Below are positions 11,091 to 20,785 of a DNA stretch of 64,000 nt, one piece after another (the first letter of the stretch is position 1; the number at the start of each line of letters is the position of its first letter). The notes beneath the pieces were generated by a model. The model was not told where the DNA came from. It made no database searches and worked only from the letters and a program-made list of their open reading frames with translations. Location: IMG/VR virus record IMGVR_UViG_3300028840_008159; one strand, written 5' to 3'. The position numbers and the translations under genes are program-made. The DNA is from an uncultured virus (IMG/VR IMGVR_UViG_3300028840_008159). Taxonomy: Duplodnaviria; Heunggongvirae; Uroviricota; Caudoviricetes.

Positions 11091-11483
11091 TTAGACGATA
11101 AGCAATCCAATCAAAACTTTCACGGCTTGTGGGGCGAGCGTGTACAGGACGAATTGCTTCAGCGCGTCCATGAACTTCTCGCGCGTCTCGTTCCATTCCT
11201 TGAGTTCCGCCGTGTCCATTTGCATCTGGGCGATGATGTCCTCGGCGGTCATCGACTGGAGCATCAGGTGGAACGCCTCGTCGTTCTTGCCCTGTTGGAC
11301 GAATCCCAGGAAATCCAGGAAGGTTTGTTTTCCCATCCTGAACAGGATGAGCTTGTATCTCAAGACGAAGTCAACGAGCTCCTGCTTGATAATGGCTTCG
11401 ACGGTCTGGTCTCCGACCTTGACCTTGATGGTATTCCCCGCCGAGGCTTCCATGACCTCGAGTAATTTGTCGACCCAGTTCAT
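11091..11483 (-). CDS. Hypothetical protein with hydrophobic C-terminus
   Basis: AAGGAGG RBS before MNWVDKLL. Confidence 0.7.
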   Translation of the reverse strand: MNWVDKLLEVMEASAGNTIKVKVGDQTVEAIIKQELVDFVLRYKLILFRMGKQTFLDFLGFVQQGKNDEAFHLMLQSMTAEDIIAQMQMDTAELKEWNETREKFMDALKQFVLYTLAPQAVKVLIGLLIV

Positions 11484-11532
11484 CGGCCCCTCCTTTTGTA
11501 TCATGTTCTGAGGACGGGAGGCTAGATCATTC

Positions 11533-12594
11533 ATGGCTCGGATAAGAACCTACGCGACCCATTTCTGCGGAGTCGGGGGCGCTTGCGCTGGCCTCCACGC
11601 CGCGGGTTTGGAATGCAAGCTGGCCATAGACAACTGGGCCCCGGCCGTCGAGTGGCGGGAAAGGAACCTCGGCCACAAGGCCCTCCACATGGACATCGTC
11701 GACTACGAGCCGGATGATTCCCACGCGGCGGACTTGCTATGGACGTCGCCCCCCTGCCAGACTTTCTCCTCGGCCCGCGAGACGAACTACGACAAGGAGG
11801 ACCGCCGCAACTACCTTTACCTGAACTCGGTCATGTACGCGGAAGTCTTCAAGCCCCGCTTCGTTGTCATCGAGAACGTCCAGGGGCTACTCAACCACGA
11901 CTTCGGGGCGACCCTGGACGGCTTCAAGAAAGCCTTCGGACGACTCGGCTACAACTTCGAGTGGAACATCCTGAACGCGGTCAAGTTCGGTGTCCCCCAG
12001 AGCAGGCCGAGGCTGTTCATGGTTTGCTCTCGGGAAGGGGACCGAGGGCTCATCCCGGCCCATCCAAGGCTCGACAAGCAGCCCAGCTTCGGGGACATCA
12101 TGGAGCACCAGAAGGAGGAGCTGGGGTGGGGCGGATCGACCTACGGAACGGCCCTCCGCAAGAAGGACAGGACGGGCGTGACGTTCAAGATCGTCGAGTC
12201 GTCCGGAAAGGACGAGAGGGGAAGGCCCTTGGACATCATGCCGACGATTACGTGCGGGTTCAACGGCGGCCCGACCCGCAAGAAGACGGCCGTCCTGGAC
12301 CATACCAGGTCGAGACTGGCTTTCCTCCGCGACCCGTCCGTCCGCGAGGGGGCTCGCGCCCAGGGCTTTCCCGACGAGTGGGAATGGCCCGAGAACACGT
12401 CCGATGCGTGGACGCTGATCGGAAACGCAGTAGCCGTCCCCGTGGCGAAAGCCATCGGGAAGCACCTGATCGCCCTTTCCGAGGGCAGGAAGCCACGCGC
12501 CAAGATTCGACACCACCCCGATGAGGTCAGGTCGGCCTGCGCGGTGGCCGAGGGCAACATGAGCGCCCCGGATCTTGGGTTCGAGGAGGAATGA
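11533..12594 (+). CDS. DNA (cytosine-5)-methyltransferase
   Basis: FCGVGG, SPPCQTFS, IENV, PQSRPR, REGARAQGFP, IGNAVAV. Confidence 0.92.
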   Translation: MARIRTYATHFCGVGGACAGLHAAGLECKLAIDNWAPAVEWRERNLGHKALHMDIVDYEPDDSHAADLLWTSPPCQTFSSARETNYDKEDRRNYLYLNSVMYAEVFKPRFVVIENVQGLLNHDFGATLDGFKKAFGRLGYNFEWNILNAVKFGVPQSRPRLFMVCSREGDRGLIPAHPRLDKQPSFGDIMEHQKEELGWGGSTYGTALRKKDRTGVTFKIVESSGKDERGRPLDIMPTITCGFNGGPTRKKTAVLDHTRSRLAFLRDPSVREGARAQGFPDEWEWPENTSDAWTLIGNAVAVPVAKAIGKHLIALSEGRKPRAKIRHHPDEVRSACAVAEGNMSAPDLGFEEE

Positions 12595-13193
12595 GCATGC
12601 ACGCAGTCCCGTTCGTCATCGAGAAGAGTTCCGGGGGCGATCATTGCTACGACATCTACAGCAGGCTCCTGAACGACCGCATCATATTCCTGGGCGACGA
12701 GATCGATTCCGACGTGGCCACCTCCATCGTGGCCCAGATGCTCCTGCTCCATCAACAGGACCCCGGCGCCGACGTCCATCTCTACGTCATGTCCACCGGC
12801 GGAGAGGCGTGCCCGGCGCTCGCGATCTACGACACGATGCAGAACATCTCGTGCCCCGTCGCGACCTACTGCGTCGGGATGGCCATGAGCGCCGCCGCGC
12901 TCCTGGTCTGCGGGGGGACGAAGGGGAAGCGGTTCGCGCTCCCGAGCTCGAGGATCATGATTCACCAGCCCTGGGGCGTCATCGAGGGGCAGGCGAGCGA
13001 CATCGAGATCGAGACGACGGAGATGAAGAGGACCAAGTCGATCTACTACGAGCACCTCGCCCGCCATACGGGGAAGTCCGTCTCGAGGATCACGAAGGAC
13101 TGCGACAGGAACCGGTACATGTCGGCTCAGGAGGCCACGAAGTACGGGCTCGTTGACCGCATCCTGACGGGCTTGCCGAAACCGAAGAAATGA
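12591..13193 (+). CDS. clpP: ClpP protease subunit (third triad residue appears to be Asn)
   Basis: YDIYSRLLNDRIIFLG, GMAMSAAA (Ser), IMIHQP (His), DCDRNRYMSAQEA..YGLVD. Confidence 0.95.
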   Translation: MSMHAVPFVIEKSSGGDHCYDIYSRLLNDRIIFLGDEIDSDVATSIVAQMLLLHQQDPGADVHLYVMSTGGEACPALAIYDTMQNISCPVATYCVGMAMSAAALLVCGGTKGKRFALPSSRIMIHQPWGVIEGQASDIEIETTEMKRTKSIYYEHLARHTGKSVSRITKDCDRNRYMSAQEATKYGLVDRILTGLPKPKK

Positions 13194-13753
13194 GGGATTA
13201 CCACGTAAACAAGGAGGCTTGGCACGAGTCCTGGCTGAGGAACTACGTCGGGATGAGCCGCCAGTACCTCGCCCGCGAGTACGGCGACGGGGAGACCGCC
13301 GCGTTGATCGTCAGGCTAACGGACGGCGACGTCCGGGGCGAGGCGATCTACCACGTCAAGGGGGAGGTCATGATGCCCAGGGGGGGCGGCTTCCTGTGCG
13401 CCCTAATGGCCCCCTACACGCTCGCCCCCGACCTCATCAACGCCCCGGACCGGATCGTGGGGTCGGAGATGAACGACTTCCCCCCGGAGACGTTCTTCCT
13501 GGAGGCGTTGCTCGAGGCCGCCTACCCCTACAAGATCGACGGGAGCGGGTTCAAGGCTCACGCCGAGCTCATGATAGAGTACGAGAACCTGTCGCAGATG
13601 ACCGAGGAGGGCGCTCGGCACATGGCGTTCTTCGGGTACGGGTTCCTGTTGATGAACAAGGTAAGGCAATTGATCGACCCGCTCGCCAGCCCCGAGCGGA
13701 TCGCTTCCCGCTGCTGCGAGTCGTACCTTTGCGTGATGGAGAGGGACAAATGA
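13190..13753 (+). CDS. Hypothetical protein
   Basis: ATGA-coupled on both sides. Confidence 0.7.
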   Translation: MRDYHVNKEAWHESWLRNYVGMSRQYLAREYGDGETAALIVRLTDGDVRGEAIYHVKGEVMMPRGGGFLCALMAPYTLAPDLINAPDRIVGSEMNDFPPETFFLEALLEAAYPYKIDGSGFKAHAELMIEYENLSQMTEEGARHMAFFGYGFLLMNKVRQLIDPLASPERIASRCCESYLCVMERDK

Positions 13754-15105
13754 AGACCAAGAAGATGCCACCTTTGGAATATTACGAGGTCTCGGCGGCC
13801 GGGATGCATCCGTTCTTCCTGCGCTCGACGGAGTACCTGATCTCGACGTTGGTCATGGAGCACGGGGCGAAGATACATTACTACACGTTCATGATGGGCA
13901 ACACGTTCGACGAGGAGAGCATCGACGAGGTCGTCGAGCTCATGGACGGCAAGCAGGTGAAAGTCATCGAGAACTCCTTTCCGCTCGCGGGCATGAACTC
14001 GGCGAGGGATCGGGTATCGGGGAGCAATCTGACCATAACGCAAGGGGCGAAGGACGACTTGTGGGAGTTCAGGGGGCTGACCAAGCATCCCGTTTATCTC
14101 GGGGTCGTCAACTGCTTCAACATGGACTATAGCCGCCGTCCTTCGGTAACCTCGTGCCCGTTCGTGGCGAGCTTCGACATGGAGGAGGCGGTCATGCTGA
14201 TGACCTGCCTGCGGGAGGCCGTCCGGTCCTACAACAGGAGGACGCAGCGCGTTGTTGACGCGAACGGCATCCAGATCGAGAGCTTCCGTAAGTTCGAGTG
14301 GGACCAGATATTCCTCAAGGGGGACATGGTCAAGGACATCCGGTCCGAGGTGGACGGCTTCTTCGAGGCGCGTACCATGTACGAGAAGCATGGGCTCGAC
14401 TGGCGGAGGGGGTTGCTCCTGGTCGGTCCGCCCGGAAACGGGAAGACGGCCATTTGCCGGGCCATCGCGACGACCTCCAAGGTTCCCGTCGTTTATTGCC
14501 TCCTGTCGGACGGCGATCCATATAACATGTTGCAGGCGGCGCACCACACGATAGTACGCAACGCGCCATGCGTCGCCATCTTCGAGGACGCCGACAGCTT
14601 CGGGGCCGACGATGGGGTACGCTCGAGCATGCTGAACCTTTTCGACGGCCTGATATCCAGCAACGGCGTCCTGACGATAGCTTCCACGAACTGCCCCGAC
14701 AAGCTGGACGCGGCGATGACCGGGCGCCCGAGCCGCTTCGACAGCCTGTATCACGTGCCCAATCCGGGGGCGCGTGAGCGCAAGTCCATCATCTCCCACC
14801 GGCTCGGAAAGCAGGCGCGGAGGCTCTCAAAGGCCATCGACGAGGTCGTGTCAAACAGCAACGGCCTCTCGGCGGCGGCGGTACAGGAGATAGCGGTCTA
14901 CGGGATGTTGAGCGCCCTCAAGCAACAAAAGGCGGTCAAGCCCCAACACCTGAAGGAAGCCCTGGAAAAGGTCAAGAAGCACATGCAATCATCGAGGGCC
15001 GGGATGGAGAAGCTCTCCAGTGGGTCAGTCGGGTTCTCCACGTCCCCAGAGGGCCATCCTGGCGTCCCGATGGCCCCGAGCCAAGGCGTAGCCCCTCCTT
15101 TCTGA
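13750..15105 (+). CDS. AAA+ ATPase (classical AAA clade)
   Basis: GPPGNGKT Walker A, AIFED Walker B, STN..LDAAMTGRPSRFD second region of homology. Confidence 0.9.
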   Translation: MKTKKMPPLEYYEVSAAGMHPFFLRSTEYLISTLVMEHGAKIHYYTFMMGNTFDEESIDEVVELMDGKQVKVIENSFPLAGMNSARDRVSGSNLTITQGAKDDLWEFRGLTKHPVYLGVVNCFNMDYSRRPSVTSCPFVASFDMEEAVMLMTCLREAVRSYNRRTQRVVDANGIQIESFRKFEWDQIFLKGDMVKDIRSEVDGFFEARTMYEKHGLDWRRGLLLVGPPGNGKTAICRAIATTSKVPVVYCLLSDGDPYNMLQAAHHTIVRNAPCVAIFEDADSFGADDGVRSSMLNLFDGLISSNGVLTIASTNCPDKLDAAMTGRPSRFDSLYHVPNPGARERKSIISHRLGKQARRLSKAIDEVVSNSNGLSAAAVQEIAVYGMLSALKQQKAVKPQHLKEALEKVKKHMQSSRAGMEKLSSGSVGFSTSPEGHPGVPMAPSQGVAPPF

Positions 15106-15191
15106 TTTTGCCCGTTTTGTGATTGACAACTACGCCTACCCCACCGTAACCTAGTGGTAGTGAATGGTCCATGAACAGGAGGAAAGTCGCG

Positions 15192-16666
15192 ATGTCGACG
15201 AAGCAGAAGTTGCCCGCCACGCTTGAGCCAAAACCCCTACAAGAAAAGAAGGAGGAAGCCACGCCCAAAAGCCCTACCGAAAGCGCGACGACCCAGACGA
15301 CGTCGCCACCCGCGCCCTCTAGTGATCGCGTGGCGAAGGCGCTCGCAAAAAAGAAGAAGGACAAGGACCAACCCAAGCCCAGCAAGTTCCTTGACCTTGG
15401 GGCCGGCTACTCGATCTCCGCGAACGAGGGCTCGGGCTATTACCTCCTGCTCAAGGCCATGAAGCGCCTGTGTCATTTCGAGGAGGTCGTTGGGATTTTG
15501 GAATCCATCGATCCATCGGACAAGGCGCAGGCCGAGAAGATCGTCGGCAGGAAGGACGATCCCGGTGCCGGCCTGGGCATGGTCTGGCGCGACGAGCTCG
15601 AGTCCGAGACTCGTTCCGACGGCGACTGGCAGTCCCATGCGAGCGCCAAGATCAAGTCGCTCAAGATGCTGGCCAAGGCGTCCAGCAAGACTGCCGAGGC
15701 GACCCTTTCCAACAAGGCCAGGGTCAAGGGCAACAAGTGGCTCGGGAACGTCCGCGAGATGATCTCCACCTGTTGCTCGTCCTACCCGGAGAGCAAGAAC
15801 AGGAACACGCGAAAGTTCCAGGAGGCGGCCGTCGTGTTTAGGCAGTTCCCGCTCAGGCCGAAGCGCAGCGACAAGGTCTACGTGATGATGTTCCCCAAGA
15901 AGTACATCAAGACCATCCGCTCCTGCATCGAGACCGTCCACGGGATCAAGGAGCCACGGAAATGAAGGAGGCCGACAAGTCCTTCGACCTTGGAGGCGGA
16001 TTTAGACTGAAGTTCTCCGGGGGCGACGTGAACGAGAAAGACGTCGTCGAGGAGGCCAAGAAGGTTCGGGACGAGGTTGACAAGGCATACGCCAACCCGA
16101 ACGTCCAAATCCTGTCGCGAGTCCGGTACATGTTCGAGCACAAGGGCTTGCCCTTCGTATGGCTCAAGAACCCCTCCAGCTTCACTGAGGAGTCGACTCC
16201 GGAGTTTCTCGAGGCGATTTGGCAATCCGCCATCAAGTTCGAGGGGCGAGGGCTCCCCATCGGGTCCCTCAAAATCAGCAAGATAGAGCATCTGGAGGTT
16301 TCGGGGACCCGCGTCATCCTTCTCCGGCCCCTTTTCCCTCCCATGATCCCGTTCTGCTACAGGATCGCCATGGTGGACGCTGACAAGCCGCTTTACCTGA
16401 CGCAAGAGCGAACGTCGGAGTCCATGAGGAAGGAAACGAAGGCCGATTCGGCCTTGTGCTCGTGGGAGCCCGTCGGGGATGATATTCGCGGCGTCGCTGA
16501 CATGCGACACGGTAATTACTTGCATTTCATGTCCAGGAGACGGTCCGCGATGATGGAGGCCATAGAGGGCGTTCTGGAGGGGCGCCTGAAGGCGGCTTCC
16601 CTCCTCTCGAAGGTCACATCGAGTCCGGGATATGGACCGAATCCCAGCTCGGCATCGCGTTCTTGA
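15192..16666 (+). other. Two hypothetical CDSs (about 15192-15965 and 15962-16666)
   Basis: Coupled ORFs; both contain FLDLGAGY/SFDLGGGF-like segments. Confidence 0.65.
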
Positions 16667-16970
16667 TCCTGCCCTCGACGTCCGGGACCGACCCGACGAA
16701 GAAGTACGTGAACTCGCCCTTCCTCGCCATCCAGCATTCCTGGCCATCGGACTTGCGACCCAATATCATGCCGAGGGTCAGGATGTCCAGCCGATGATGG
16801 AGGGTCTTGCTGTACCAGGCGTCGGAAATCCGGGCGAGGTCGATCTCGTCCTTATGGGAGATCGCCACCTGGATGCGGGGGTCGCTCTTGAAGGGCATGC
16901 CGGCTCCGGGGGCATTCGGGTCCGCTAGGATCGCCTCCTCGACAACTCGCTCGTCGATATCCTCGGTCAT
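16614..16970 (-). CDS. Hypothetical protein
   Basis: GGAGG RBS and upstream TTGCAA-N16-TATCGT (17022-17049). Confidence 0.7.
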   Translation of the reverse strand: MTEDIDERVVEEAILADPNAPGAGMPFKSDPRIQVAISHKDEIDLARISDAWYSKTLHHRLDILTLGMILGRKSDGQECWMARKGEFTYFFVGSVPDVEGRIKNAMPSWDSVHIPDSM

Positions 16971-17048
16971 CTTTCCATCCTCCGCGGACTAAAGAAACCG
17001 GATTTGGCGATACCGTCGCCAACGATAACCATCATATCGTCCTTTGCA

Positions 17049-17073
17049 AGGGTTAAGATGAGCGAATTCCGAA
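17049..17073 (+). promoter_or_regulatory. Class II motif AGGG-N16-CCGAA
   Basis: 22 nt upstream of the CCA-enzyme ATG. Confidence 0.65.
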
Positions 17074-17095
17074 AAAAAAGAAGGAAAGGGATCAT

Positions 17096-18856
17096 ATGGA
17101 GCCTTTAGGGCGTTGGTTCGCCGGCAATTGCAAGTTCGCGTCATCGGAACCGGTCATCGGCCCTCCCGTCAAGGTCGACGCCGTTTCTCAACGCATCATA
17201 GACACCGTCCTGGCCGTCGCGCAGGAGTTCGGATTGTCGACGACATTCCGCGTCGCGGGCGGATGGGTCAGGGACAACCTGCTGGGAGTAACCAGCGACG
17301 ATCTCGACTTCGCCCTGGACGACATGACCGGCGCCCGGTTCGCGTCGTACATGGCCGACTACTGCGACCGGCATCCGAACTGCGGCATCTCCGAGGCTCA
17401 TGAGATCAAGGCCAACCCCGACAAGAGCAAGCACCTGGCCACGGTGACGGTGGTCATCCATGGGTTGAAGGTGGACTTCGTCAACCTGCGCGTCGAGACC
17501 TACGGCGAGAGCCGAATCCCGACCATGGAGATGGGGACGCCAGACAGCGACGCCAGGCGCCGCGACCTGACCATCAACGCCCTGTTCTATAACGTCCATA
17601 CGGGTCAGGTGGAGGACTTCCTGGGGGGTCAGGGGTTGAAGGACCTCGGTCTCGATACCGGTACCATCGTCATCAGGACGCCTCGTGACCCCGGGAAGGG
17701 GCAACTCGAGTCGACCGTCAGGATATTCAGGGACGACCCGCTGCGCATGCTCCGGGCGCTACGATTCTACTCGCGATACCCGAACGCTGTCATGGACCCT
17801 TCCATCGTTGACGCCCTCTCGATGCCGGAGGTTCAGGAGCGGTTCACCTACGTGAGGGGAAAGAAGTCCGAGAAGCCGGGGGCGGAGGACGAGCCCGACA
17901 AGGGCGTCGCCCCGAGTCGGTCAGGACCCGAGCTCATCAAGCTCTTCCAGGGGGCCAAGCCCGCGGAGGCGCTGAGGCTGATGTACGGCTCGGGCTTCGA
18001 CAAGAAGGTTTTCGACGTGCCGGGCTACAACGCGCTCATGGACTTGACGATGGAGCAACGGAACCCCTATCACGCGTATACGCTGCTCGAGCATACGATG
18101 AAGGTCGTCGAGAACATGAACAAGGTGGCCAACGAGGCCGGCCTCCCCAAGGATACGCGTGGCTTGCTGAACTTCGCCGCGTTGTTCCACGACCTCGGCA
18201 AGGCCAAGCCCGGCGTCGGCAAGCCCAAGGAGAAGGACCCCGCGCATTACACGTACGAGAATCACGAGCAGTTCTCCGCGGACATAGCCGACGAGATCCT
18301 CAGGCATGTCGACGTGGGTTCAGATGACCGTCAGTTCGTCGAGATGATGGTGGCCATGCACATGCGCCCGCATCGTCATCGCGTTGGCCCCGAGCAGCCC
18401 GCCTGGACGCCCAAGGCCATGGGTCGATTCGTCAGGGAGACGCGGCCCCACGGCAAGGAGGACCTCGCTAAGGACTGGTGGAAATACGCCATGATGCTGT
18501 CCATGGCCGACGTGATGAGCAAGGGGACGGGCGACATCGAGGCCGAGACCGCCGAGCGCTGGGAGCATATCAAGGGGTTCGAGGAGTTCCTGAAGCCTGC
18601 CCCCCAGAAGGCTTCCCTCATGAAGCCGCTCCTGAACGGGCATGACCTCATAAAGATGTTCCCGGATATCAAGCCGACGAGGATAATCGATGGCAAGAAT
18701 TTCATTAAGTACATACAGGACAAGATGTTGGACGGTCAGGCCACGGGCGATATAACGCCAGATAACGTTCGAGAGAAGGTGATGGAGATCGCCGCCGAGA
18801 TGCCCGATTACCGGAGCACGGAGGCGTGGGTTGATAGTAATTGCAAGTTAGGTTGA
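17096..18856 (+). CDS. Class II CCA-adding tRNA nucleotidyltransferase / poly(A) polymerase family with HD domain; tagged at both termini
   Basis: AGGWVRD..DLD, DFVNLR, DARRRDLTINALFYN, DDPLRMLRALRF, HT..LFHDLGK; N-terminal WFAGNCKFA and C-terminal WVDSNCKLG. Confidence 0.92.
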   Translation: MEPLGRWFAGNCKFASSEPVIGPPVKVDAVSQRIIDTVLAVAQEFGLSTTFRVAGGWVRDNLLGVTSDDLDFALDDMTGARFASYMADYCDRHPNCGISEAHEIKANPDKSKHLATVTVVIHGLKVDFVNLRVETYGESRIPTMEMGTPDSDARRRDLTINALFYNVHTGQVEDFLGGQGLKDLGLDTGTIVIRTPRDPGKGQLESTVRIFRDDPLRMLRALRFYSRYPNAVMDPSIVDALSMPEVQERFTYVRGKKSEKPGAEDEPDKGVAPSRSGPELIKLFQGAKPAEALRLMYGSGFDKKVFDVPGYNALMDLTMEQRNPYHAYTLLEHTMKVVENMNKVANEAGLPKDTRGLLNFAALFHDLGKAKPGVGKPKEKDPAHYTYENHEQFSADIADEILRHVDVGSDDRQFVEMMVAMHMRPHRHRVGPEQPAWTPKAMGRFVRETRPHGKEDLAKDWWKYAMMLSMADVMSKGTGDIEAETAERWEHIKGFEEFLKPAPQKASLMKPLLNGHDLIKMFPDIKPTRIIDGKNFIKYIQDKMLDGQATGDITPDNVREKVMEIAAEMPDYRSTEAWVDSNCKLG

Positions 18857-18896
18857 CATTTCGATATACGTGGTAGTATTAAATTGGGAGGCGGTC

Positions 18897-19661
18897 ATGG
18901 ACTGGTACGATAAGGCGAGGGTCATCAAGGGCAAGCGCGGGAAACGCAGCGCGGCCCCATTGCTGCGGCGCCTCATTACGGCTGGCGGCATCTCTCGCAT
19001 CTTTCGGCACCTCAAGGAGGGACCGTTCGCCATCGTTTCGGCCGCCAGGCCGGAGAAGACTCCCGAGCAAAACGCGCGTGATTTCGCGGAGCTCAAACGG
19101 CGCATCGTCGAGGACGGCCTTGGCTTCTATCCGGCGGATGGGTTCTTCGAGGGCTTGCCGGAGGACAGCATTTTCATCCCCGGCGCGTCCTTGGAGAAGG
19201 CCATCGAGTACGGGGGCATGTTCGATCCGCCCCAGTATTCCGTCATGTGGGGTGACGAGGGCCGATACGGTTTCTATGGCATCGAGGACGGTCGTTACCA
19301 GTTCGGCGGCGACGTGGGAGAGGATTTCACCATCCTGAAGGACGAGGAGGTTCGGAAGCTGATCGAGGAGAAGTCCGAGATCGGGTTCACGGAGATCGGT
19401 CGCGGGGGCCAACGGCCCTGGACGACGGACCCGTCCATCAAGAAATGGCGCGAGAAGGAGAAGCGCGAGGAACTCGAGGACGAGGCCGAGGAAAGGAAGG
19501 TCGCCTGCGTGATCTCCGACCCGCGACGCCACATGGCGATGGGGAACTACCAGGGCGTCTACAAGTTCACGGGCGTGGACGGAAAATACGTCAACTTCGA
19601 CGACAAGCGCCTCAAGTCCGACTCGATCGAGGCGTTGCTCGCGTTCATCCCGATGGGGTGA
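18897..19661 (+). CDS. Probable T3 SAMase-like S-adenosylmethionine lyase-fold protein
   Basis: FAIVSAAR..QN..GFFE..EDS..QYSV..GFTEI..RPW matches, in order, the T3 gp0.3 motifs as recalled; GGAGG RBS. Confidence 0.6.
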   Translation: MDWYDKARVIKGKRGKRSAAPLLRRLITAGGISRIFRHLKEGPFAIVSAARPEKTPEQNARDFAELKRRIVEDGLGFYPADGFFEGLPEDSIFIPGASLEKAIEYGGMFDPPQYSVMWGDEGRYGFYGIEDGRYQFGGDVGEDFTILKDEEVRKLIEEKSEIGFTEIGRGGQRPWTTDPSIKKWREKEKREELEDEAEERKVACVISDPRRHMAMGNYQGVYKFTGVDGKYVNFDDKRLKSDSIEALLAFIPMG

Positions 19662-19662
19662 C

Positions 19663-20766
19663 TTACTCGACGTAGTCGATGATCCGACGGAATAGGTGGT
19701 AAGCAAAAAGCGGGGGAACCGCATTCCCGATTTGGCGTCCTTGCGAATACCGACTACCCGTAAAGCAAACCCAATCGGGAAAGGATTGGAGCCTGGCTTG
19801 CTCTCGAACGGTTAACTTCCTCGTCCCTCGAAGTATCGAATTAGATTTTCGACGCCCTTCCGCGGGCGCGGAAAAAGAAACCCAGGGCGGACTCTTGTGT
19901 CGAAAGAACGCCTGGGTATCATTTTGGACGTGTAGATATTCGGAGGGTTCATCAGGAGCGGGTCCGGGTACAAATGCTGATGATGCAGGTTCCTCGCAGA
20001 GGGCAAACTCGTCACCTCTCGTCCGAAGCGTAAAGGCCGGTTCTGTATGGGCACATCGATTCCGGGGTCCACGCATTTTTGAGTTTGCTCTATGGGAGAA
20101 AAAGTTTCCAACGGGAAGCACAAGGTCGCCGAGGGCTTCGTTCACGCTAACATAGTTAGGAAGGAGGTCAGAAAACAAATCCTTTTTCTTGCCGTTGTTG
20201 TATCGTTTCTCGGGCCATCGGAATTTCTCTCCGCAATTGTTCCCCACGAATATCGCGCGATTGCGCAACTGTGGTACGCCATACTGCGCCATGTTTACGA
20301 TTTTATAGTCCAAAGTATATCCGATAGCGTCGAAATCTTCGATTACCTGCTGAAGTATCACCCCATCGCCGATGTTGGTAATACCTTGTACGTTTTCCAT
20401 TACCATCCAAAGTGGCTTAAAGTACGCTACCGCACGTACGAATTCCTTGTAGAGATGATTGCGAGGGTCATCAACAAAGCGGAAACCCCTCGCAAGCGAG
20501 AATCCTTGACACGGAGGACCGCCAATGACCACATCGACCGTTGGGAACCTATCTTTGGGAGCCCAATCTTCAATGTTTCCTAGGTATACTTCTTGGGCTG
20601 CGGGAAACAGATTTCGGTAGGTTTTTATTGAATCCCTGTCGTTATCTACGGCGCAAATGGGATTTCCGCCAGCCATTAAGAACCCAATGCTCAATCCGCC
20701 TGCACCGGAGAATAAGTCTATGCATGTGGGTTGTTTGCTGATGTTGATATAGTCGATGTCGATCAT
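19663..20766 (-). CDS. DNA (cytosine-5)-methyltransferase, low-GC
   Basis: DLFSGAGG, GGPPCQGFS, MENV, PQLRNR, REQARLQSFP, IGNAVPP. Confidence 0.93.
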   Translation of the reverse strand: MIDIDYINISKQPTCIDLFSGAGGLSIGFLMAGGNPICAVDNDRDSIKTYRNLFPAAQEVYLGNIEDWAPKDRFPTVDVVIGGPPCQGFSLARGFRFVDDPRNHLYKEFVRAVAYFKPLWMVMENVQGITNIGDGVILQQVIEDFDAIGYTLDYKIVNMAQYGVPQLRNRAIFVGNNCGEKFRWPEKRYNNGKKKDLFSDLLPNYVSVNEALGDLVLPVGNFFSHRANSKMRGPRNRCAHTEPAFTLRTRGDEFALCEEPASSAFVPGPAPDEPSEYLHVQNDTQAFFRHKSPPWVSFSAPAEGRRKSNSILRGTRKLTVREQARLQSFPDWVCFTGSRYSQGRQIGNAVPPLFAYHLFRRIIDYVE

Positions 20767-20785
20767 TCGTGTCAAGCGACTCGAG

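Noticed and set aside
12591..13193. ClpP as the head maturation protease that cuts the tags
   Set aside because: It looks like cellular ClpP, is not next to head genes and has no class II motif; nothing in the sequence links it to the tags
13219..13749. Long N-terminal extensions of track ORFs (also 468, 4168, 7576, 27889, 28385, 41175, 57941)
   Set aside because: They overlap upstream genes in another frame; internal starts with RBS or stop/start coupling fit better
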